Source: Nitrosopumilus sp. (lineage in GTDB: Archaea; Thermoproteota; Nitrososphaeria; Nitrososphaerales; Nitrosopumilaceae). From it: a DNA stretch of 64,000 nucleotides. Location of the stretch: NCBI GenBank assembly GCA_965249555.1, contig OZ252243.1, positions 480,001 through 544,000 on the forward strand, given 5' to 3'. Positions 44,101-50,141 of this stretch are shown here, piece after piece (position 1 is the first letter of the stretch; every line of letters begins with the position of its first letter). The translations under genes were made by a program, and so were the position numbers. Below the pieces are notes generated by a model. The model searched no databases, was not told where the DNA came from, and saw only the letters and a program-made list of their open reading frames with translations.

Positions 44101-47017
44101 TAAAAGAGCCTGATGCAATTGGAGGTATATCAGCTGGCGTATCAGGTGATGCAGTCGAACTTGTAGCTACAATCAGATTGGCAGATCTGGCGATGGTACT
44201 TGGAGCGCTATCAACTGCGACGACAGAATAAATGTAAACTGTTTCAGGAGTCAGGCTCACATCATTGTGTGATGTACCACCGATAACTTGTACTCCGGGA
44301 AGATCAGATCTAGTCAACGCATAGTTGAAGGCACCAGGTACTGTATCCCATGTAAGCCCAATGCTTGTCGGAGTGATTATTCCTGCGACAAGTTCAATTG
44401 GTGCTGCAGGTGTAGTTACAGTCAGATCCTCAGATGAGTCACTTGCCCCGACAGTGTTAGTTGATGTGGCATGATATGTGTAGGATGTTCCGGGAGTTAC
44501 TGTAGTATCAGTGTATGATGTATCACGAGTAGTTTCTATGAGAGCATTATTTCTATACAATTTGTATTCTGGATCACCACCTTGTGCATTCCATGAAATC
44601 TCTATGCTGTTATGAGTGACTACTCCTTTCACAAGTACAGGTGGGGCAGGTGCAGGTACTGGTGCAAATATTCGAACAGTTTCAGCAGCATCAATGAAGG
44701 TATTAATACGACCACTTATGCCAATTTCTTCTTCATTAGTTAATTCGTCAAATTTGGAATCAGTGGTAAGCCAAGTATGATTGTTATCGGTTCCAGGAAT
44801 AGTCTGTAAGAATTTAGTGGTGCCATCTTTAATTGTAAAAGAAGTATAGCCGTTGGCTGTAACAGTCGGTAGATTACTCCACTCTAATAGGATGGAATTG
44901 TCAGCCTGTCTTGTAGCTGTTATAGTTGGTTCAACGGTTGCATTTGGGGTGAGTGGAGGTACTGGTGCAAACGTTATTGAACCTATCACATTACTGCTAG
45001 TAATACTAGCCATGCCAATTTCGTCTGCACTATTTATTCTCTCAAAAAAGGTCGTAACTGTAGGAATAATAACAAAGTTATTGCTAGTCGGTTCTAAATC
45101 GAAGATACGATCAGATATAGTAGTACCCTCCTTTAGCAAAATCCGATATTGATAGTCAGTCGGTATATTACTCCACTCTAATCGGATGGAATTGTCAGCC
45201 TGTCTTGTAGCTGTTACAGTTGGTGGTTCAGGTCCAGTCGTTACATGTGCCCTTGCAACTTCAACTCTATCAGATACCCCGTCTCTAAAGAAAATGACGA
45301 TATCTTGATCAAAACCATAACCTATCGTTATTGGGGGTACAACTTTATGTGTACCTGTCTGACTAACACTAACATTTTCAGTATTGAAAGCACCATATTC
45401 AATATGATATACACCGACTTGTAGCGGTGTAAAAGATATATTTATTTGATCGCCATTGGAACCATTCGTTTCAATACTAATAGTGCCGTCCTCGATTGCC
45501 GTCTGAGTATCTGCATAAGTTGGTGTTGCGGCATTAAAAGAGGCCGGTGCAGGTGTGGTGGTTACTTTCAAAGGAGTAGAGAATGCACTTGTCTGGCCAA
45601 TATCATTGCGTGCTACGACACTAAAAGTGTACTCTATACCAGGAGTTAAACCATAAACAATGAATGATGTATCATCAGTATTTCCTCGGTTAGCGCCGTC
45701 TCTGTACACTGCGTATGATGTGGCACCTTCCACCGCATTCCATGTAATCTCAATGTTTGTCGAAAAGATGTCTCCTGTTCCAATTACGGGTGCGGAAGGT
45801 GGTGCAGTCAAGGTCGTTACAGGTATCTTTGCAACTTCTTCACTGTCAAATGAAACGACAACGTCGTCATCATAACCATAACCTATGAGGACGTCGAACA
45901 AGCCTTGACTTTCATTTATGTGAGTAACATCAGCAGTGAAAGAAACGCCACCGTCGCCATATTCAAATGCGTAGCTGCCGACTTTTAGCGGTGTAAAGAT
46001 AATGTTTATCCTATCTCCTGCAGTATTCAGTTGATATCTAAGAGAGCCTGCCTCGATTGCCGACTGGCCAGGTATGTAAGATGGTGCGTTAGGATCCGGT
46101 CCAGTCGTTACATGTATCCTTGCAACGTCCTTACCTCCAAATGAAAGGATGACATCATCATCAAAGCCAAGGCCAACTGTTATTGCAATCTCTTTTACTG
46201 CTGATGTTACATCCTCAGCAGAAACAACAGCTGTCTCACTTGCATCACCTGCCGTAACTGTAAATGTTCCTTCCTTTAACGGTACAAATGTCACACGTAA
46301 TGTGTCTGCATCTGTCGTATCAGCAACCCTAAAAGAGTCTGCTTGGATTGCCGGCGATGCAGGCGCAATCGTTACATGTATCCTTGCAACTTCTACACCG
46401 TTTAATTCAGCGATAACATCATCATCATAACCTTGACCTACTTTGATGACGGATTCTTTTTCTGGACCTAATGAAGTAATATCAGAGGTGGCAACGCCGT
46501 CGTCGCCATATTTAAAACTAAATGTGCCGGTTTCTGTTGGCGTATAGAATATTTTTATCCAATTTCGATTGGTAAGCACCTCATAACGTAAAGGGTTCGC
46601 ACCTTCCTGGATTGCCGTCTGACCTTCTACATAAATTGGTACGCCAGGATCCGGCCCAGTCGTTACATGTATACGTGCAACTTCTATACTGTTTGAGAAA
46701 ATAACAATATCATCATCATAACCATAACCCACCGGTATTGCAATAGTCTGATCCTCACCTGAAACAACCGGGACATTCTTCTCACTATCACCAAATGTAA
46801 ATCCAAGTGTGCCAGTCTCTAGCGGCGAAAACCACACATTTACCGTATCTCCTGAGGAAGGCAGTATAACAGCGAAAATGCTTTCATCAAGTGCCGTCTG
46901 GGCATCTGCGTAAGTTATTTGTGTGGAAACTTGAGCCTCTGCACTTGCAAGGAGAAGCGATATGGCAAACATGACAACCCCTCCCCCCATTAACGCAGAG
47001 AATAATACTTTATTCAA
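29159..47017 (-). CDS. Giant secreted FN3/Ig-repeat surface protein (5952 aa)
   Basis: Uninterrupted 17.9-kb ORF; signal peptide homologous to that of the 1903-aa gene; many FN3, Ig-like and DUF5011-like modules. Confidence 0.92.
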   Translation of the reverse strand: MNKVLFSALMGGGVVMFAISLLLASAEAQVSTQITYADAQTALDESIFAVILPSSGDTVNVWFSPLETGTLGFTFGDSEKNVPVVSGEDQTIAIPVGYGYDDDIVIFSNSIEVARIHVTTGPDPGVPIYVEGQTAIQEGANPLRYEVLTNRNWIKIFYTPTETGTFSFKYGDDGVATSDITSLGPEKESVIKVGQGYDDDVIAELNGVEVARIHVTIAPASPAIQADSFRVADTTDADTLRVTFVPLKEGTFTVTAGDASETAVVSAEDVTSAVKEIAITVGLGFDDDVILSFGGKDVARIHVTTGPDPNAPSYIPGQSAIEAGSLRYQLNTAGDRINIIFTPLKVGSYAFEYGDGGVSFTADVTHINESQGLFDVLIGYGYDDDVVVSFDSEEVAKIPVTTLTAPPSAPVIGTGDIFSTNIEITWNAVEGATSYAVYRDGANRGNTDDTSFIVYGLTPGIEYTFSVVARNDIGQTSAFSTPLKVTTTPAPASFNAATPTYADTQTAIEDGTISIETNGSNGDQINISFTPLQVGVYHIEYGAFNTENVSVSQTGTHKVVPPITIGYGFDQDIVIFFRDGVSDRVEVARAHVTTGPEPPTVTATRQADNSIRLEWSNIPTDYQYRILLKEGTTISDRIFDLEPTSNNFVIIPTVTTFFERINSADEIGMASITSSNVIGSITFAPVPPLTPNATVEPTITATRQADNSILLEWSNLPTVTANGYTSFTIKDGTTKFLQTIPGTDNNHTWLTTDSKFDELTNEEEIGISGRINTFIDAAETVRIFAPVPAPAPPVLVKGVVTHNSIEISWNAQGGDPEYKLYRNNALIETTRDTSYTDTTVTPGTSYTYHATSTNTVGASDSSEDLTVTTPAAPIELVAGIITPTSIGLTWDTVPGAFNYALTRSDLPGVQVIGGTSHNDVSLTPETVYIYSVVAVDSAPSTIARSANLIVATSSTASPDTPADIPPIASGSFSVIAVDDGTASAYFTPLKSGDFTIGYSTDQSINVNIADTVLGVKSTTTLPVESDYSGIVTLSFGGEVIGSVSIIIPPATPVFSAGATTDTTITLSWGAVTNADSYTLTRIVDGSANVPVPITDALTATDTGLTADTPYKYTITATNAAGTSEPSAEFPASTASHTYTLTSAPHTDGDKVVITFTSSHPGNFVIEFENGSIINFRIGDASIPNIHIETVGYDYTGNVIISISGGAEVARESVTTGPEPDDTAPEAPIITTSPATVNTQSFTIEGTAEAGTTVALLKGGTSTGDTVTADSGSFSFTVTLTEGANSFTVTASDGSNTSDASSAIFITLDTIPPEAPIITTSPATVNTQSFTIEGTAEAGTTVELFKGATSVDTVIADTGNFSFTVTLTDGENSFTTTASDGPNTSDASPALVITLDTIPPVITVNPLTVTLQAGSAQPNLLEGVRTDDDSIVTTTGDVNIDTPDDYIITYNSVDASNNAANPATRTYTVTTASAPATPALGIASNTHNTIELAWGAVANAKTYTLTRIVDGGDNVVVESGDILSATDRNLTPSTNYKYVIVATNAAGTSTPSAEFAASTTAAPTVPGTPTLVAGAVTHDSISLSWDGQTGATGYTLSRTGGTGPIEIPVVGTGISYTDDTLEPETSYTYSIRAVAAAGFSASSDDITVTTIPIPIPVTTPTYATDQFVIEDTSFEVFILSDGITAQISFEPYELDSYHVEWGGNTKDIPVTGDHALVQITLGPTFTGNVILFHNSVEVVRQHVTTIVVDPIKAGTLAFADNADGTITVSFTPVLAGTFIINANSIVPIEKIVETGQIDIPITVTIRDADPGFAEDIFILFNGDVIARESVTTVPETPTLLLGAVTPTSITLSWNSVNNAETYTLTRVVDSINDVTVASGDIFTATDENLTAETEYNYIITATTPDGKTSAPSAQFAVTISSAAQSFDVTADGDEATVSFVPIISGEFTIKYGDQSIPVTIADGDEGSVSTTIVPVGYNFNRTVALFFGSDVIDSIPINTEPAPPTIKATTITPTSIEFAWEEPTGAQEYKLYRDGTLIVTTPDVSYTDVSLEPETIYIYRVESHNDISQTSDTSANLVVSTSSTATPGTPIEIPAIQEPFAIEIRAVDVLISFVPLKSGDFIIGYGTDQSITVSITNDELGETSSTLVPVGYSYNGDITLSFDSVPVDSLSIRTPPAPPILRVGAVTPTSITIEWDAVDGAIGYLIYDDPTVLHIRLNTVTELSFYIPDLTPETSYTYYVRSVNPTGIGNGIQGSEFAEFSATTAAAPTAPATPVLSVDSTTDTTVSLSWGTVGNANSYTLTRTLAGSADGTEALSGDATTFTDENLTADTEYKYSLIATNSVGPSESSNEVTASTDETPDTTAPTLTVERLANDFIRLSWENVPSVEGTYIIYLDTGDSESTLAEVFTDSHIISLSTDLELANAADRIGVTGDTGTQGTGSSFTILYEGDTVWEDIPAKNAVASEPPVLVKGAVTDTSIVISWDIVDGATGYELFRDDVSIATTTTELSHTDDELTPGKSYTYHATATNSAGPSDASKDLTAATTIAPPVLVKGAVTDTTVIITWTAIHGAADYLLYQDNSATPIATVTGTTHTVTGLTAGTDYSFAAESRSSDSVKSSPSSALPVLTVPAAPALGTGAITDTSIVITWDVVEGATGYELFRDDVSIATTTTELSHTDTTVTPGKFYTYHATATNAAGSSEDSDDLDVATTLAAPVLMKGAVTDTSVTITWTAIHGAADYFLHLEGSRPITVIGTTHTYINLTPGTTYSFTVESYNSDRTVKSQPSAPLSVTTSPATPTLRITDTAHNTITLSWDRVGADSYTLTRIVAGGANVEVPTTDALTATDTGLTAETPYRYVITATNAAGTSGSSNEVTARTDAAPDITAPPVPTITTPSATVNSTPITIEGGSTEAGATIELFRGTTSLGTTTADGSGNFSFTGVALDEGVNSFTATASDRVNTSAASSAIVITLDTIAPAVPEITTSPATVNTQSFTIEGTAEAGTTVALFNGVTPAGTTIADGSGNFSFTGVALDEGANSFTATASDGVNTSAASSALVITLDTEKPVITVSGSSETIELTQTNTYTIPDATVEDNDPAYSGTVTVTDDAPNSSVIGVYAVLYDAPADTAGNTPDQQSITITVSDTTPPTFDVDGKTADYSTAVPFGGTYAPGAINNQSDISVIASSIVVGDDLVNVNTSGEYIVTYTVTDSNGQTTTITETVTVGPDVTAPAVPEITTSPATVNTQSFTIEGTAEAGTTVALFNGGTSAGTVIADGDGNFSFTGVALDEGANSFTATASDGVNTSAASSAIVITLDTETPPVPAITTSPATVNTQTITIEGTAEAGTTVALFNGGTSAGTVIADGDGNFSFTGVALDEGANSFTATASDRVNTSDASPALVITLDTIPPVITVNPLTVTLQAGSAQPNLLEGVRTDDDSIVTTTGDVNIDTPDDYIITYNSVDASNNAANPATRTYTVTTASAPATPALGIASNTHNTIELAWGAVANAKTYTLTRIVDGGDNVVVESGDILSATDRNLTPSTNYKYVIVATNAAGTSTPSAEFAASTTAAPVETPAIKAGSFEVTHTANADKLLVTFTALKEGTFTITSSESSDTVAVSAEDVSDSAVKESTITVGYDFDGDVTLSFDSKDVASQSARTLAIKAGTFIATAHDDGDVTVSFVPLRAGTFLIQAVGGPSTLWTINTDEVGNATENITLSTGHGFIGEIVISFGGHEYARESVSTIPGTPTLVKGDITHNSVVFSWDEQTGATGYTLSRTVNTVTTEISVSGGTISYTDDTLEPATTYTYSIKAVALAGDSAASDVVSVTTLAAPTVAPTVPEIPVLSVDSTTDTTISLSWVAVDDADSYTVTRIVAGGNVDVPITELTATDTGLTADTPYKYTIIATNSAGPSGSSNEVTARTDAATPPAPPALRSGEITSTSIVITWDAVTGATGYELFRDGNSVTTTTELSYTDETLTPASTYTYHATATNSVGTSEDSANRAVTTARAYTLPAPPVLVKEAINSTSIVIVWDAQPGAFFYKLYRDDILIRAISGLNHTNTGLDPGTSYTYHATSNNRASQASDNSEDLVAVTTIAPPELVAGAITETSIEITWTAVNGATGYELFRDDAFLETVTELYYPDTGLTPATSYTYHAVSTNDISQTGEPSANLVAVTTIAPPTLRPGAITETSIVIEWDAQTGATGYELFRDDVSLGPVTGTSYSDTAVTPGTSYTYHATSTNDIPQTSDNSADLEISTTITPPTLRPGAITETSIMIEWDAQTGATGYELFRDDVSLGPVTELSYPDAGLTPETIYIYHATSTNDISQTSEPSANLVVSTSSTATPGTPIEIPPIASGSFGVIAGVNDASVSFVPLKSGDFIIAYGTDQRTVSIANDELGETSTTIVPVGYNYDGDVSLSFDGAQVGSVSVTTGPAPPALVLGEITPTSVVISWDIVTGATEYELFRDDASLGPVTELSYTDNIVTPGTSYTYHATATNAAGTSVPSEDLDAVTTIVPSVLSAGEITDTSVIITWTAPTGATEYSLFNGNTLVIRTSALTHTVDNLTAETNYTFTITSHSDTYTGVPSAGLDVTTAGAPATPALVLGEVTETSITLSWDAVDNANSYTLIRIVDGISDVTLASGIILTATDTGKVLGVTHGDIIVASGDILTATDTGLIANTDYNYIITATNSAGPSAPSAKFAASTTVASTDTIPAAPTLRAGKIITESSIEIEWSAVDGALVYSLYRDGEFIANTADTSYTDTGLDPYTSYAYHAMLSNIAFQQSGKSGVLILTTSPIQTGSFSVTVDGDEATVSFTPLTYGDFTIGYGGTTDTVPIASGDAGSESSTTVPVGYDYDGTVTLSFDGDELGSIPIRTEPAPPTLRAGTITYTTIEILWDAVDGAREYTVYRDDAYQGSRTTPSYLDSTIAPGTYTYRIESHNDVSQTSDSSTLTLSTATVPITPALVKGAVTHDTIALSWGAVDDADSYTLTRIVEGGTNVPVQTTGLTATDTGLTATDTGLTADTEYKYSLIATNSVGPSEPSEVTATTAVATAVPAAPALVLGKVTDTTVALSWGKVDNTVAYTLSRTLAGSTDGTEVLSGNALTFTDENLAADTEYKYSLIATNSAGPGAADEVTARTAAAPIAPTAPDAAIVTLEEIAVTHDSVTISWNEVDDVNFYRLFRDTVQIDIVNAGVHRDNGFQYLDEDVTPDTSYSYHVIAIKSGLLEGIPSVPLDVTTTSATAPITPTLSEDSVTHNTITLSWNSVDNADSYTLTRVVAGGDDVKVLSGNVLTATDDNLTADTEYKYIIMATNTAGTSTAGELIASTDPLKPGPSPAVYTSSDAPHATDGDKVVITFRSSHTGDFTIEFEGGRTIGFTIDDAAVPFIHTETVGYDYTGNVRIFLGNGEVAKLSVTTGPEPTGPKPTVDAVRNTDNSVTVYWSNIDTNAPNQYSFIIHDGGSSDSFSATGGPNEFTIRTTTNIDLNDADRVCIKGVGVDNEICEPVPEAFDITAPVITVTGSDTTIELTATDTYTIPGATVADNDPNYSETVAVTGDTPDTSVVDVYTVLYDAPNDAAGNKPEQKSIVITVVDTTPPTFNVDGNTVDYSTAVPFGGPYTPGAINNAFDISGTAPGIVGGDTVNVNTSGEYVVTYTVTDSNGLPTIITETVTVGPEPTVPAAPVLSAGATTDTTILLSWVAVDNTDSYTLSRTGGAEPAEIPVSGGTTISYTDENLTAETDYKYTIIATNTVGPSTASNEVTATTLATPTVPAAPVLVAGATTDTSITLSWGTADNVDSYTLSRTLAGSADDTETLSGDATTFTDENLTADTEYKYTIIATNSVGPSASSNEVTATTPAATDTAPSAIRPGSFGIDYYSTSNDAFVSFVPLRSGDFTIEYGTDQSITVRITDSDLRDKSTTTVPVGPGYNGKIFILFDGESVARTFIHQS
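36302..36844. repeat. ~540-bp direct repeat within the giant gene (partner 42332-42874)
   Basis: Appears identical by eye at an offset of 6030 bp. Confidence 0.9.
37341..37847. repeat. ~500-bp block shared with the 1903-aa gene (16545-17051)
   Basis: Near-identical DNA; same shadow ORF (MMRQLIQQ...) in both places. Confidence 0.9.
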
Positions 47018-47037
47018 TATTGTAACAGAATTATTTG

Positions 47038-47063
47038 TGATTTATAAAAGCTTTGAAAGTTGT
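47038..47063 (-). promoter_or_regulatory. BRE/TATA promoter of the giant gene (probably leaderless)
   Basis: AAAGCTTTTATAAA ~25 bp upstream of the TTG start. Confidence 0.65.
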
Positions 47064-47186
47064 ATTGTGATATGGAGGTATGAATCTATGAGTTTTATGC
47101 ATGAACTTTTCTGCATACAGATCACCAAAACTATACAATTTGTGCCTGTTCAGAATCTTTACTTTGAGGCATTCTGAATTAGGATT

Positions 47187-47484
47187 GGGTATTCTGCCCC
47201 TAACACATACTTTGACAGATCAAACAAATTACAATCCCTGTTGTATCTCCATTCTATGATGTATGGTAAAAATTTGCCCGGATTCACTCCATGATGCTTT
47301 GCCGTGCCCTCTTTGGCAAAACTCCAAAAGCCCTCAATACAATTAATGTAAACACCTTTGCCAAACATCCTGCAGTTGATCTATTGAGGGATGTTTGTAT
47401 CCATTGAACACAAGCGAGCCATATCCCTTCCACTTGTGTACACAATGCTTCCTTTTTTCACTTTTCTAAGTGTACTTTTCAGAA
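47187..47484 (-). mobile_element. IS1595 3' fragment
   Basis: Homologous to ~13254-13570; INCIEGFWSFAK; end GGGTATTCTGCCCCTAA. Confidence 0.85.
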
Positions 47485-47581
47485 GTAAGAATTGATTCGT
47501 GTAAAAAATGCAATTCATCTAACATCAAGCAGGTATAAGAAAAAACAAGAGGGATAATATCCAGTTGTTCAAGTGCAAGGA

Positions 47582-47976
47582 CTCCCATACGAAATCGTCT
47601 CCAACCCTACTGAGGACACTTACTAGCGTGCTTTGCTGAATCAGGACATCTCAGATATGCTTTGCATCTTCTTATACTTTCGTTGTGTCAGTTCATGATT
47701 TTGTGTACGATACTCTTCAGAATTTGTTAGCATGTACCAGATTATTGCAAGCATCTGTCTTGCAGCTGCCACCTTTGCCTTTTGTTTTCCTCTTCTCTTT
47801 GCAATTCTGAAATAGAATGATCCCATTCTTTCATCAAATCGTACTGTAGTATTTGCAGCCTCTACCATTGCGTTACGTAACCATGCAGAACCCCTCTTTG
47901 TTATTCCGCCTCCTCGGTGCACATCTGCACTATCCCTGTGCGACGGTGCAAGTCCTGCATATGAGACTAGTTTTTC
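47582..47976 (-). mobile_element. IS110 family B 3' fragment, cut by IS66
   Basis: KLVSYAGLAPSHRDSA..ITKRGSAWLR; same right end as 58763 and 61643. Confidence 0.88.
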
Positions 47977-49439
47977 GTATGTATCAACCTTCACGCACAA
48001 ATCAATATCATTACACAAAAAGATCTAAGATCAACTAAATCATCACACAACACATGCCAGATTGTGATCATGAGAAAATCATCATACAATTACAAGAAGG
48101 GATGAAACAACAGCAAGAAGAGATAAAACAACTACAAGAAGAGTCAAAACAACAAAAACTAATCATAGAGAATCTCATAGAATCAAACAAGGAACTGCAA
48201 AAAAAGCTGTCATATTATGAGAATGCGCACTCTCCGCCATCAAAGAATTCCCTTGAATGGAGAAAGCAAAAAAGACAACACAGACAGTCAGGTGAACTAA
48301 GACGTGGTGGAATAGCAGGACACGTTGGCAAGACACAGAAATTCAGACCAACTAGCACCAAACACCACAGATCAGATGCATGTCCTAAATGCGGTAGTGA
48401 AAATATTCATCAAACCAAAACCTGCAAAAGGATAATGGTTGAGATTCCTCCACCAACACCCTACGGTATAACTGAGCATGTTTTGAATCAATACATCTGC
48501 ATGGACTGTTCTGATAATTTTCAAACCACGGGAAACCTTCCACCACATGGATGTTTTGATGGTTCAGTGATACGTGAGGTCGTCTCACTGTTCTCAAAGA
48601 GAATGCCATACGATACCATCAGAACCACACTCTATGAAAGATATGGATTAGAAATCAGCAATACAACCGTACAATCCATTCTTCGCAACGGTAGTGTGAT
48701 GTTAGAGTCATTTTACAATACAATCCACAGCGAAATCGTGACTGAAAAGATTCTCGGAATCGATGAGACAGGATTTTCAATTGATGGAAATACTGGATGG
48801 ATGTGGGTTGCAAGAAGCAAGACTAGTGCACAGTATGCCTTGGAGTACAGCAGAGGTGCCAATGTTCTAAAAAAGTACTGGAAGAAATTCAAAGGAACCC
48901 TAGTGTCTGACGGATATGCTCCGTACAGGACAGTATTTTGTGATAACACAAAGCAGAGATGCACCGCACACCTGCAGCGCGATGCCAAATATCTGGCAAT
49001 AAAATCAAAAGACAAAAAGGCCAGGATTCTATATGAGAAACTCTCAGGGATGCTAGGTCATGCCAGGGTTTGGAGTGTAGGTAATCGTCATACAAAACGG
49101 CGGGAAACGTACAGGGATGATTTACTAAAACAGCTGGACCGTATCATTGCACGATATTTGAAAGGTGATACGGAGATGGTTCAGTTTGGCAAGAAGCTAA
49201 AGACTGCAAGGAACAGCATGTTTACGTTTGTCATGGATGGCGATGTCCCGTCAACTAACAATGATGCAGAGAATTCCATTCGAAAGTGCGTGATGCAGAG
49301 GAATGTTCGCGGGCAGATGAAGAGTGATCAGGGCATGAGGATGATCTCAGTCTTTCTCACATGCTTTGAGACATGGAGAATAAGGGAATTGAACATGTTT
49401 TCTGAGATGGCAAAATACATCTAAGTGCTTGATTCATAC
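47977..49439 (+). mobile_element. Single-ORF IS66-family (ISBst12-like) element
   Basis: TIR GTATGTATCAA / TTGATTCATAC; no target duplication seen. Confidence 0.85.
48054..49424 (+). CDS. IS66-family transposase (intact ORF)
   Basis: Coiled coil, NAHSPPS, CPKC, IDETG, VSDGYAPY, QRCTAHLQR, TNNDAENSIR. Confidence 0.92.
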   Translation: MPDCDHEKIIIQLQEGMKQQQEEIKQLQEESKQQKLIIENLIESNKELQKKLSYYENAHSPPSKNSLEWRKQKRQHRQSGELRRGGIAGHVGKTQKFRPTSTKHHRSDACPKCGSENIHQTKTCKRIMVEIPPPTPYGITEHVLNQYICMDCSDNFQTTGNLPPHGCFDGSVIREVVSLFSKRMPYDTIRTTLYERYGLEISNTTVQSILRNGSVMLESFYNTIHSEIVTEKILGIDETGFSIDGNTGWMWVARSKTSAQYALEYSRGANVLKKYWKKFKGTLVSDGYAPYRTVFCDNTKQRCTAHLQRDAKYLAIKSKDKKARILYEKLSGMLGHARVWSVGNRHTKRRETYRDDLLKQLDRIIARYLKGDTEMVQFGKKLKTARNSMFTFVMDGDVPSTNNDAENSIRKCVMQRNVRGQMKSDQGMRMISVFLTCFETWRIRELNMFSEMAKYI

Positions 49440-49595
49440 GCGGATAGGTCCTAATAAAGGGATGAAGATAGCATTGAGGAAGAAGCCTCGTATGGATACA
49501 TGTCCGTCATCTTTTGATTGAAAGTATTCCCTAGCGAAGGCTATGCCTTGGGATGCAAAAAAGTAGGAAATGTTTAAAAACAATTCACATGGATA
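49440..49595 (+). mobile_element. IS110 family A right-end fragment
   Basis: Reverse complement of ~53297-53452. Confidence 0.88.
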
Positions 49596-49641
49596 CATAC
49601 TAAATATATGATTTAAAGTATACGTACACAAAATATCCACA

Positions 49642-49896
49642 CTAAGACTTGTGGGAAAAACACCGACTACAAAAATTTACTGGTTTTTTATCTGGAGTAG
49701 TTATTATCTCAAACACTCCATCAGCAAAATATTTGGCTTCATATTCTTCAACAAAATAACCCCAGCCACCTTGTTCTTTTTCGTGATAACCATCTTTTTT
49801 GTATAGCTCATGCTCAGCTGGTATCTTATGTATCGTAACATGAGGATTCATAATATTGTAATATACCGCATACTTTACACGTAAATGTCGTTCCAA
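49642..49896 (-). CDS. Small hypothetical protein
   Basis: 84-aa ORF ending in CxxC; no family recognised. Confidence 0.4.
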   Translation of the reverse strand: MERHLRVKYAVYYNIMNPHVTIHKIPAEHELYKKDGYHEKEQGGWGYFVEEYEAKYFADGVFEIITTPDKKPVNFCSRCFSHKS

Positions 49897-50141
49897 TATA
49901 GGATCTAACTCTTTCTACTAATTAATATTAGTGTCTGAATTTATTTTTTCCTTGTATTTTATATATTCCTCAAGTATATCATGGCAATCTCTACAGATCA
50001 TCACTTTTTTATCTAGGTCTTTATCGTGATGCTCTGTAAGGTTTTTGAGTTTTTTACAACATGGACATGAACCAATCCCACCCATAAATTTAATGAAATT
50101 CTACGACTATTATAAATTGATCAATCAAGGTAGGATTTTCA

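Noticed and set aside
14691-46430. Numerous plus-strand ORFs inside the two giant genes
   Set aside because: Antisense shadows caused by codon bias of Thr/Ala/Val-rich repeats
29159-47017. Diversity-generating retroelement acting on the repeats
   Set aside because: No reverse transcriptase in the window, and no adenine-specific mismatch pattern noticed between repeat pairs
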